Below, one piece after another: positions 16,464-23,738 of a DNA stretch of 64,000 nucleotides. The stretch spans positions 10,649-74,648 of the forward strand of contig PUNQ01000064.1 of assembly GCA_003551845.1 (NCBI GenBank). Reading direction: 5' to 3'. Position numbers and translations under genes: made by a program. The notes below the pieces were generated by a model. That model was given only the letters and a program-made list of their open reading frames with translations. It did no database searches and had not been told where the DNA came from. The first letter of the stretch is position 1; each line of letters begins with the position of its first letter. Source of the DNA: Candidatus Nealsonbacteria bacterium (GTDB lineage: Bacteria > Patescibacteriota > Minisyncoccia > Minisyncoccales > PWPS01).

Positions 16464-18488
16464 ATGAGGCATTCAAGTAAAAAATTTATTTCCCTTTTTC
16501 TCATCTCTATACTTTGCGGACTCTTTGCGGTTTTATTCGTCTTCGGCAACTATCAAGGCAGACTGACAAGTGTTTCCGATAAGATTTCCACTTCTCAGCC
16601 CGATGTGGGTGCTCGGCACAAAGTAAGCTTTACCATTACTACGGAAATCCCGCCTTCCGGGAAGATAATCGTCGACTTTATCGATAAAGAGGGCGCCGAG
16701 TTTTATATTCCTTCCGAAATGAGTTATGAAGACGTTCAGCTTTGGGTGGGAGAAGAAGAATTCAATTTGGGTGAAGAAGCCGGTCCGGAGACGACCGGCG
16801 CCGTTTTTTCCGTTGAAGAAAAAGTTTTAACACTTACTTTGGCCGATGAGCTTACCCTGGAGCCCGGAGACGAGCTGGTTATCGACGTCGGCAGCGATGA
16901 AAATCAAATTATAAACCCTCCTCAAGTCGACTCTTACAGGATAGAGATAGAAACTTTGACTCAGGAAGATGAGTTGCTCGATTACGGTGTGGCCATGATC
17001 GCCGTGGTGGAGCCGGTCGATGTGGGAGCGGAAATGATAGTCTTGGAGCCGATCGTAGTTACCGAACCGGCTGCCGTTTTGAGCGTTGACACCGCTATTT
17101 TGTATGGTGAGCTGGTCAATATGGGAATGGAAGATTCAGTTGACATATTTTTTCAATATCGCCTCACTGAAGAAGGTGAAGAAGAAGGTGAGGGCGAAGA
17201 GGGAGAAGAAGGTGAAGGTGAAGAAGGTGAGGGCGAGGAAGGTGAAGAAGAAGGAGAAGGTGAAGAAGAAGGAACCGAAGGAGCGATGCAGCCCATGGAA
17301 GAAGAAAACGATTGGATAGAGACTTCCAGGTTCGGAACCACCAGAGTGGTCAGGTTCAGTGAAATTTTAAGCGGACTCGAAAGGGGCGCCACTTATGAGT
17401 TCAGGGCCTGTGTGGAGTGGTATGACGAAGAAGAAGAAGAGTTGATGATGAACTGTGGCGAAATTTTGGATTTCAGAATGCTCGACGAAGATCCGGGAGA
17501 AGGTGACGGAGACGGTGAAGGTGAAGGAGGTGAAGGTGACGGCGAAGGCGACGGCGAGGGCGAAGGAGAAGAGGACGGAGAGGGTGATGGGCCGGAAGAG
17601 GAAGACGGTGCCGGAGAAGGACCGGAGGACGAAGAAGGAGTGGGTGACGGCGGAACCGGTGGAGGAACCGGTGGCGGAACCGGCGGTGATGTCGGCCCCG
17701 ATACCGGTGGTGGAGACGCCGGTGGAGACAGAGGACCGGAGCCCGGCGGTGAGCCGGCCAATCCCCCTCCTCCGGAGATTCAGGACCCTCCTCCTTATCT
17801 GTCTATCGGAGGATGGGCTTATCCGGGAGGAGAGGTCAGCCTTTTTAAAGATGGTGAATTGATGGAGACGACTCAAACCGATGCCGACGGAACCTTTTTG
17901 ATCGAGGAAAACGAGCCGATGGAAAACGAACCGACCAACTTTTTGCTCGAGGCTCAAGATTCGGAAGAAAGATCTTCCATAGAGACCACTTTCAATTTGA
18001 CTCCCAGGCCCGATGTCGGTTATCGAATCTCCAATTATCTCTTATCTCCCACCTTGGAACTAAGCAGTAGTTCCGTAGCGATGGGTCAAGATCTTTCCAT
18101 CTTCGGTAAATCGGTTCCGGGAGGAGTCGTTGAAGTCCGTTTTTTTGAAGATTTGGAAGAAGTGGCTCTGATGACCGCCGAAGTTGACGATCAGGGTGAT
18201 TGGGAGCTCGTTCCCGATCCGGAAGAATTGGGAGAGGGACGCTTTGAAATAATAGCCAGAGTGGAAGCTTACGGAGAGGAGTCCGCTTTCGGTGCTCCGC
18301 GAATGCTTTCTGTGGGAGAAGACGGATGTGTCGCCGCGGATATAAACAACGACGGGTCGGTCGGTCTTTTTGACTTCAGTATTATGATGTCCGTCTGGAA
18401 TACCGACGATCCTCGGGCCGATTTGAATAATGACGGAGTAGTTGATTTGATGGATTTCAGTATACTTTTAAGTTGTTGGACCGATTAA
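16464..18488 (+). CDS. Large acidic surface protein with C-terminal dockerin-like module
   Basis: Signal/TM (FISLFLISILCGLFAVLFVF). Two Glu/Gly/Asp low-complexity tracts. The last 53 aa, CVAADINNDGSVGLFDFSIMMSVWNTDDPRADLNNDGVVDLMDFSILLSCW, are two D.N.DG.....D EF-hand-like dockerin repeats (nt 18327-18485). ATG 16464 preferred to TTG 16446. Confidence 0.6.
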   Translation: MRHSSKKFISLFLISILCGLFAVLFVFGNYQGRLTSVSDKISTSQPDVGARHKVSFTITTEIPPSGKIIVDFIDKEGAEFYIPSEMSYEDVQLWVGEEEFNLGEEAGPETTGAVFSVEEKVLTLTLADELTLEPGDELVIDVGSDENQIINPPQVDSYRIEIETLTQEDELLDYGVAMIAVVEPVDVGAEMIVLEPIVVTEPAAVLSVDTAILYGELVNMGMEDSVDIFFQYRLTEEGEEEGEGEEGEEGEGEEGEGEEGEEEGEGEEEGTEGAMQPMEEENDWIETSRFGTTRVVRFSEILSGLERGATYEFRACVEWYDEEEEELMMNCGEILDFRMLDEDPGEGDGDGEGEGGEGDGEGDGEGEGEEDGEGDGPEEEDGAGEGPEDEEGVGDGGTGGGTGGGTGGDVGPDTGGGDAGGDRGPEPGGEPANPPPPEIQDPPPYLSIGGWAYPGGEVSLFKDGELMETTQTDADGTFLIEENEPMENEPTNFLLEAQDSEERSSIETTFNLTPRPDVGYRISNYLLSPTLELSSSSVAMGQDLSIFGKSVPGGVVEVRFFEDLEEVALMTAEVDDQGDWELVPDPEELGEGRFEIIARVEAYGEESAFGAPRMLSVGEDGCVAADINNDGSVGLFDFSIMMSVWNTDDPRADLNNDGVVDLMDFSILLSCWTD

Positions 18489-18512
18489 ATATAATATAAA
18501 AAAATATAAAAA

Positions 18513-19463
18513 GTGACCGTTTTGAATAAAAAAATAAATTTACACCTGATCTTTCTCTTGTTTTTTCTTTTATTTTTTCCTTTGGTTATGGAGGCGGGAG
18601 TTTTGTATTTTGAACCCGCCGAAGAGGAGTATCGGATAGGTGAAAAATTCATTTTGGAAATCAGGGTGGATACCGCCGGCGAGTGTATCAATGCGGTGGA
18701 AGTTTCTTTCAATTATCCGACCGATAAATTGACTGCCGTGGAATTTGTCGAGTCCCGGTCTATTTTGACTCTTTGGCCCAAGCCCGCGGAGATTGATGAA
18801 GATGACGGAAGAGTTACTTTTTCCGGTGGTCTGCCGGGAGGATTTTGCCCGGAAGATGATGAGTCCGCTCTTTTGGGAGAGTTGATTATGGAAGTTGATG
18901 AGATAAACCGGGAAAGCGAAGAAAGAATAAGATTTTGGAGAACCTCCAAGATACTTCTAAATGACGGCTACGCCACTCCGATGGATTACAGTCGCCGCAG
19001 TGCCTATTTAACTCTTATTCCGGAAGAGGTCGAGGACCCGGTTGATCCTATGCAGGAAAGAATAGAAGAAGACACCCGGCCTCCCAAAATATTCGACCTG
19101 ATATTGAGGAGAACACCCTTTCTTTTCAATGGAAAGTACTTTATAATCTTTTCCGCCGAGGACAAGGAGAGCGGAATAGATTACTTTGAGATTTCCGAGC
19201 AGAGAAGAGTCGGATTCGTGGGAGCGGAAGCAAAGCGGTGGACAAGATGGGAAAGAGCGGAAAGCCCTTACGTTCTCGAGGATCAGGATTTGAGAAGCAT
19301 AATCAGGGTCAGGGCGGTTGACAAGGCCGGCAATGAGACGATAAAGAAGATTAATCCTCCCGTAAACAGATGGGACATCCTTCCCTGGATGGCCGCATTC
19401 ATACTTATCGGAGCCGCCGCCTGGCGAGTAAAAGAAGTTAAGAAATTCAACGCACAACAATAA
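18513..19463 (+). CDS. Cohesin-like domain surface protein with Ig-like module and C-terminal TM
   Basis: Signal. VLYFEPAEEEYRIGEKFILEIRVDTAGECINAVEVSFNYPTDKLTAVEF..DGRVTFSGGLPGG..LLGELIMEV is cohesin-like. DTRPP..ESGIDYFEI..VRAVDKAGNE module as in 1522..3246. TM ILPWMAAFILIGAAAW. GTG start. Confidence 0.55.
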   Translation: MTVLNKKINLHLIFLLFFLLFFPLVMEAGVLYFEPAEEEYRIGEKFILEIRVDTAGECINAVEVSFNYPTDKLTAVEFVESRSILTLWPKPAEIDEDDGRVTFSGGLPGGFCPEDDESALLGELIMEVDEINRESEERIRFWRTSKILLNDGYATPMDYSRRSAYLTLIPEEVEDPVDPMQERIEEDTRPPKIFDLILRRTPFLFNGKYFIIFSAEDKESGIDYFEISEQRRVGFVGAEAKRWTRWERAESPYVLEDQDLRSIIRVRAVDKAGNETIKKINPPVNRWDILPWMAAFILIGAAAWRVKEVKKFNAQQ

Positions 19464-19496
19464 CCCCCTTCTTTACACCTCGGGGGTGTAAAAATC
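19464..19496. repeat. Palindromic intergenic element, copy A (33 nt identical to copy B)
   Basis: cccccttctttacacctcgggggtgtaaaaatc; hairpin TTTACACC/GGTGTAAA. Confidence 0.85.
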
Positions 19497-19518
19497 TCCA
19501 AGCTTCTCCAACCTTGAG

Positions 19519-19546
19519 TTGATTTAAAAATCTTTTTACTTATAAT
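19519..19546 (+). promoter_or_regulatory. Sigma70-type promoter for tRNA-Arg
   Basis: TTGATT (19519-24), 16-nt spacer, TATAAT (19541-46), 9 nt before the tRNA 5' end. Confidence 0.6.
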
Positions 19547-19555
19547 TACAAGCGA

Positions 19556-19629
19556 CTCCTCGTAGCTCAACGGGATAGAGCGGCTCCCTCCTAAGGAGCA
19601 GGCTGGAGGTTCGAGTCCTCCCGAGGAGG
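19556..19629 (+). tRNA. tRNA-Arg (anticodon CCT)
   Basis: Manual cloverleaf. Acceptor CTCCTCG/CGAGGAG. D arm GCTC-AACGGGATA-GAGC. Anticodon arm GCTCC-CTCCTAA-GGAGC. Variable loop AGGCT. T arm GGAGG-TTCGAGT-CCTCC. Discriminator G. CCA not encoded. Confidence 0.9.
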
Positions 19630-19639
19630 CATTATTTCA

Positions 19640-19666
19640 CCCTTCCACCGACAGGAAGGGCTTTTA
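19640..19666 (+). terminator. Intrinsic terminator after tRNA-Arg
   Basis: CCCTTCC-accgaca-GGAAGGG followed by cttttactt. Confidence 0.55.
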
Positions 19667-19669
19667 CTT

Positions 19670-19708
19670 CCCCCTTCTTTACACCTCGGGGGTGTAAAAA
19701 TCGGGGGG
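19670..19708. repeat. Palindromic intergenic element, copy B
   Basis: cccccttctttacacctcgggggtgtaaaaatcgggggg; the outer CCCCC/GGGGG arms extend the hairpin. Confidence 0.85.
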
Positions 19709-19761
19709 CGGCCCATCTCTCCCCTTTTTTTATTGTATTTATTTACTATAATTAACACATT

Positions 19762-20310
19762 ATGATTTATTACCTGGACGGAAAAATAACCTTGAAGAAA
19801 AAAGATTTCGTAGTCATTGAAACTGCGGGAGTCGGAAGAAAAGTTCATATGTCTCCGGATGCGATCGCCGGCCTACCCGCGGAAGGTGAAAATTTTAAGC
19901 TGTTTTGCTACTTGAACATAGGCAGAAATTCCGAACGGCTTTATGGATTTCCCAGCCGTGAAAATTTGGAGTTTTTTGAGAGTCTGATAAATTTATCCGG
20001 AATAGGACCGAAAACGGCGGTGGAAGTGGCTTCAATAGCCCCCATGAAAGAGCTGAAAAGAGGGATAAAGGAAGATGATGAAGAGATTTTGGAAAAGATT
20101 TTTTCAATAGGAAAAAAGAGAGGTCAAAGGGTCATATTCGAGCTTTCGAGAAGAATAAAAGAAGAGCCGGATGAAGACGGAGCCTTGCAGGCTTTGACTT
20201 CTTTGGGTTTCAACAAGAAGGATGCCGCCGCCGCTTTGAAAGGAGTTTCCAAAGACAAAGATGTCGATGAAAGGGTTAAAGAAGCTCTCAAGCTTCTTGA
20301 TAGAGGCTAA
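19762..20310 (+). CDS. ruvA: Holliday junction DNA helicase subunit RuvA
   Basis: MIYYLDGKI...VIETAGVG opening. LYGF..ENLEFFESLINLSGIGPKTA HhH. C-terminal ALTSLGFNKKDAAAALKGV domain III. Confidence 0.85.
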   Translation: MIYYLDGKITLKKKDFVVIETAGVGRKVHMSPDAIAGLPAEGENFKLFCYLNIGRNSERLYGFPSRENLEFFESLINLSGIGPKTAVEVASIAPMKELKRGIKEDDEEILEKIFSIGKKRGQRVIFELSRRIKEEPDEDGALQALTSLGFNKKDAAAALKGVSKDKDVDERVKEALKLLDRG

Positions 20311-20325
20311 ATAAAAAATAAAAAG

Positions 20326-21765
20326 ATGGCAACAACGGAATTAAAAAATAAATTTACGCGAGTAAATAAATGGCTTTGGGAATTGCCGGAAAAGAATTTT
20401 CCCTTTATGCGCGTTCCGGCTCGACTTTATGCTTCCGAAAAGCTCTTCAAAGAGACGGAAGAGAGAGCTTTAAAACAGCTGGTAAACATAGCTTCTTTAC
20501 CCGGAATAGTCAGACACGCACTGGCGATGCCAGATATTCATTCCGGCTACGGCCCTCCGATAGGTGGAGTGGGAGCGGTCAGAGCTAAGGACGGTGTCAT
20601 ATCTCCCGGTTTTGTCGGATTCGATGAAAATTGCGGAGTGAGACTGCTTACCACTCAATTGAAATTTAAAGAAGTGGAGGGTCATATTGAAAGCGTGGCC
20701 GAAGAGATGCATAAGGCGATTCCTTCCGGTGTGGGAAAAGGAAGATCCAAGAGCTTTTCAAGAGCGGAAGTCAATCGTATTTTGAATGAAGGACCTCGTT
20801 TTTTGGTTGAGCAAGGATTCGGAAAAAAAAGAGATATAGAAAGATGTGAATCGGAAGGAAAACTGCCCGCCGACGCGTCCCGAGTGTCGGAAAAAGCCAA
20901 AAAAAGAGGAGCCGATCAGGTCGGAACCTTGGGAAGCGGAAATCATTTTTTGGAGATTCAAAGAGTAAAAAATATTTTTGATCGGGAAGCGGCCGAAATC
21001 TTCGGTTTAAGTGAAGACGGGGTGGTTATTATGATTCACACCGGCTCAAGGGGGTTGGGACATCAAAACTGCAAGGATTTTCTGAATAAGGCTAAAAAGG
21101 CGGTTAGGAAGAACAATATAAATCTTCCCGATGCCCAGCTGAATTGCTTTCCTTTCAAATCGGAAGAAGGACAGGATTTCTTTTTGGCGCTGGGAGGGGC
21201 TTGCAATTATTCTTTTGCCAACAGGCAGATGATAACCGATACGGTTCGCCGAATCTGGAAGCGGTATTTTTCCGACGAACCGGAGTTAATTTATGACGTA
21301 GCCCACAATACGGCCAAGCTGGAGACTCATGAAATAGACGGAAAAGAGATCGATTTGGTGGTTCACAGGAAAGGATCCACTCGTGCTTTTCCCGAAAACC
21401 ATATGGAAATCCCCGAAGCTTATCGCTCCGTCGGCCAGCCGGTGATTATGCCCGGCAGCATGGGAGAATCTTCATATATTTTACGTGGAGTCCCCGATGG
21501 GAAAACGTCTTTTTATTCCACGGGGCACGGAGCGGGAAGAGCTATGTCCAGAACCGGAGCCAGAAAAAATGTTGACGGTAGAGAGCTGCTTCAAAGACTG
21601 CGAAAAAAGGGAATCGTAGTCAAATGCAGTTCGGAAAAAGGGGTTGCGGAAGAAGCTCCCGAGGCGTACAAGGATATTTCCGAAGTGGTGGAAGTGGTTG
21701 ACGGTGCCGGACTTTGTAAAAAGGTAGCGGAAGTCGAACCGTTGGCGGTAATAAAAGGAGAATAA
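20326..21765 (+). CDS. rtcB: RNA 3'-phosphate ligase RtcB
   Basis: MPDIHSGYGPPIGGV, GFDENCGVRL, GSGNHFLEIQ, HTGSRGLGHQ, AHNTA..HRKGSTRA and PGSMG motifs. Confidence 0.9.
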   Translation: MATTELKNKFTRVNKWLWELPEKNFPFMRVPARLYASEKLFKETEERALKQLVNIASLPGIVRHALAMPDIHSGYGPPIGGVGAVRAKDGVISPGFVGFDENCGVRLLTTQLKFKEVEGHIESVAEEMHKAIPSGVGKGRSKSFSRAEVNRILNEGPRFLVEQGFGKKRDIERCESEGKLPADASRVSEKAKKRGADQVGTLGSGNHFLEIQRVKNIFDREAAEIFGLSEDGVVIMIHTGSRGLGHQNCKDFLNKAKKAVRKNNINLPDAQLNCFPFKSEEGQDFFLALGGACNYSFANRQMITDTVRRIWKRYFSDEPELIYDVAHNTAKLETHEIDGKEIDLVVHRKGSTRAFPENHMEIPEAYRSVGQPVIMPGSMGESSYILRGVPDGKTSFYSTGHGAGRAMSRTGARKNVDGRELLQRLRKKGIVVKCSSEKGVAEEAPEAYKDISEVVEVVDGAGLCKKVAEVEPLAVIKGE

Positions 21766-21766
21766 T

Positions 21767-21925
21767 ATGACCAAAAAGAGATTGCCGAAATCGGTAAGAA
21801 AACATATAAGAAGAAAAAAGGCGGAGATCAGAAATCGGTACTCCGATGAAGAAAGGCAAAAAGAAGAGATAGAAAAGATCTATAAAAAATTTAAAAAATA
21901 TTATGACGATAAAACAGATATATGA
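21767..21925 (+). CDS. Possible small basic protein (52 aa), unsupported
   Basis: The ATG lies 1 nt after the rtcB stop. Sequence MTKKRLPKSVRKHIRRKKAEIRNRYSDEERQKEEIEKIYKKFKKYYDDKTDI. Overlaps the start of 21903 by 23 nt. Too short to appear in the ORF track. Confidence 0.25.
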   Translation: MTKKRLPKSVRKHIRRKKAEIRNRYSDEERQKEEIEKIYKKFKKYYDDKTDI

Positions 21926-22844
21926 ATCGGCGATAAAAGAAGGAAGAAAAGCTGATTTCAGAACAAAAAAAGAGATAGAAAGAAAGCTCTCCCGAGCCGA
22001 GGAAGAGTATAAAAATTTATCGGGAAAAAAGAAGAATCTTTTTGACAAGGAGAAACTGGAGAATCCTTACAGCGACACCAGGATTTTATACGGGGATCCG
22101 AAAAAGAAAGTGAAAAAAGTGATGGTCGGGATAGATATAGACGGTGAAGAATTGCTTTTGGCCGACAAGTTGGGAGATATAGACTTGGTTATCTCTCATC
22201 ATCCGCGGGGAAAAGCTTTAGCCGGTCTCGATGACGTTATGGATTTGCAGATAGATATGCTTCATCATTACGGTGTTCCGATAAATATAGCCGAAAAACT
22301 TTTAAAAAAGAGGATAAAAGAAGTTTTTAGAGAGCTTGCTCCGGGTAACCATCAGAGAGCGGTTGATTTTGCGCGTCTCTTGGACATTCCTTTGATGTCG
22401 ATTCACACTCCTTGTGATAATTTGGTTGCCGAATTCGTTGAGAAAAAGCTGGAAAAAGACAATCCCAGAATATTAAAAGACGTTTTAAAGTCATTAAGAG
22501 AGATACCGGAATACGAAGAAGCGGAAAAACTGGGTATGGGACCGAAGATATTCGTCGGGAACGAACGGGACAGAACCGGAAAGATAGTGATGACCGAGAT
22601 TACCGGCGGCACGGAAGGCTCTCCCGACATATACAAAAATTTGGCTCATGCCGGTGCGGGGACGATAATCGGTATGCATATCTCGGAAAAACATCGCGGA
22701 GAAGCTCAGAAAGCCCATGTCAACGTCGTTATTGCCGGACATATATCATCGGACTCCATAGGAGTTAATCTCTTCTTGGACAAGCTCAAGGGGGTTGAGA
22801 TAGTGCCTTGTTCGGGACTTATAAGACATAAAAGAAACGGATGA
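21903..22844 (+). CDS. NIF3 (DUF34)-like dinuclear-metal-centre family protein
   Basis: KKVMVGIDIDGEELLLADKLGDIDLVISHHP and later SIHTPCDN / VIAGHISSDSIG histidine clusters typical of the NIF3 family. Confidence 0.45.
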   Translation: MTIKQIYESAIKEGRKADFRTKKEIERKLSRAEEEYKNLSGKKKNLFDKEKLENPYSDTRILYGDPKKKVKKVMVGIDIDGEELLLADKLGDIDLVISHHPRGKALAGLDDVMDLQIDMLHHYGVPINIAEKLLKKRIKEVFRELAPGNHQRAVDFARLLDIPLMSIHTPCDNLVAEFVEKKLEKDNPRILKDVLKSLREIPEYEEAEKLGMGPKIFVGNERDRTGKIVMTEITGGTEGSPDIYKNLAHAGAGTIIGMHISEKHRGEAQKAHVNVVIAGHISSDSIGVNLFLDKLKGVEIVPCSGLIRHKRNG

Positions 22845-23701
22845 AACAGATCAACTGGAAAACTTTCGTCATAGAACTTATCTTTTTTATGGTGACGCTC
22901 ATTTTGGGTGTGATGATCTCTCCTTATGTATTTGAGATGATGCAATCGGAAGCGATTTATGCCGCGGAAGGAAATCAGTCGCAAGAAGCCGTTTCCCCGC
23001 TGATTTTTGTAGCTTACTTTATTTTTGCCACTCTTTTGGTTTATCTCGTCTCCAAGAGCGAAAAATTGAAAAAGCAGCGTCTTGTCTTTTTTAAATTCGC
23101 CTTCTTTCTTTCGGTGGCTGTCGGTGGCTTTATAACCTTGTCCGTTTTTCTTCCGGAGTTGATATCTTTTTCGGTGATGGTGATTTTGCTTTTTATCTGG
23201 GAGAAAAAGCCGATCGTCTTTATTCATAATCTACTCATCGTTTTTGCGATAGCCGGAATCGGCGCTTTGGTGGGAACGATATTCGATCCGCCCACGGTAG
23301 TCGTGTTTCTAATTCTTTTTTCCGTTTATGACGTGATTGCGGTTTATAAGACCAAGCATATGGTTAAAATGGCCACCGAGATGATAAAAACCAAGGCGGT
23401 AATGGGTCTTATAGCCCCACTTGATTTTAAGAGTCTTTTTGACGATTTATCCAAAAAAAAGAAAAAGGAGTTCATGGTTTTGGGAGGAGGAGACTTGGCT
23501 TTTCCTCTCTTTTTAGCGACATCGGTTTCTCATAATTACGGCTTTGTTGAAGCTATGGTTGTGGTTTCTTTTGCCTGTTTGGGACTTTTCGGATCCTTTT
23601 TCTTTTTCATTATTCAAAAAATAAAAAAGCCGATCCCGGCATTGCCCCCGATAGCCCTCCTCTCAATAATAGGGTACCTGTTGGCCCGCTTCGTCCTCTG
23701 A
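22841..23701 (+). CDS. Presenilin/signal-peptide-peptidase-like GxGD intramembrane aspartyl protease (A22 family)
   Basis: Polytopic membrane protein with the three signature motifs in order: FSVYDVIAVY (YD), FMVLGGGDLAFPL (GxGD) and KPIPALPPIALL (PAL). Confidence 0.7.
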   Translation: MKQINWKTFVIELIFFMVTLILGVMISPYVFEMMQSEAIYAAEGNQSQEAVSPLIFVAYFIFATLLVYLVSKSEKLKKQRLVFFKFAFFLSVAVGGFITLSVFLPELISFSVMVILLFIWEKKPIVFIHNLLIVFAIAGIGALVGTIFDPPTVVVFLILFSVYDVIAVYKTKHMVKMATEMIKTKAVMGLIAPLDFKSLFDDLSKKKKKEFMVLGGGDLAFPLFLATSVSHNYGFVEAMVVVSFACLGLFGSFFFFIIQKIKKPIPALPPIALLSIIGYLLARFVL

Positions 23702-23738
23702 CCCCTTTTTTACACCTACGAGGTGTAAGAATCGGGGG
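23702..23738. repeat. Palindromic intergenic element, copy C (overlaps the 3' end of the Elp3-like gene and begins 1 nt after the stop of the A22 protease gene)
   Basis: ccccttttttacacctacgaggtgtaagaatcggggg. Confidence 0.8.

Noticed and set aside
17086-17957. ORFs in other frames or on the other strand across the acidic repeat: 17393..17761(-) Pro/Ser-rich, 17086..17319(+) Lys-rich, 17455..17862(+), 17367..17957(-).
   Set aside because: They are by-products of the GAA/GGT-type low-complexity repeat inside the well-supported 16464..18488 gene. They have no start context and purely compositional sequences.
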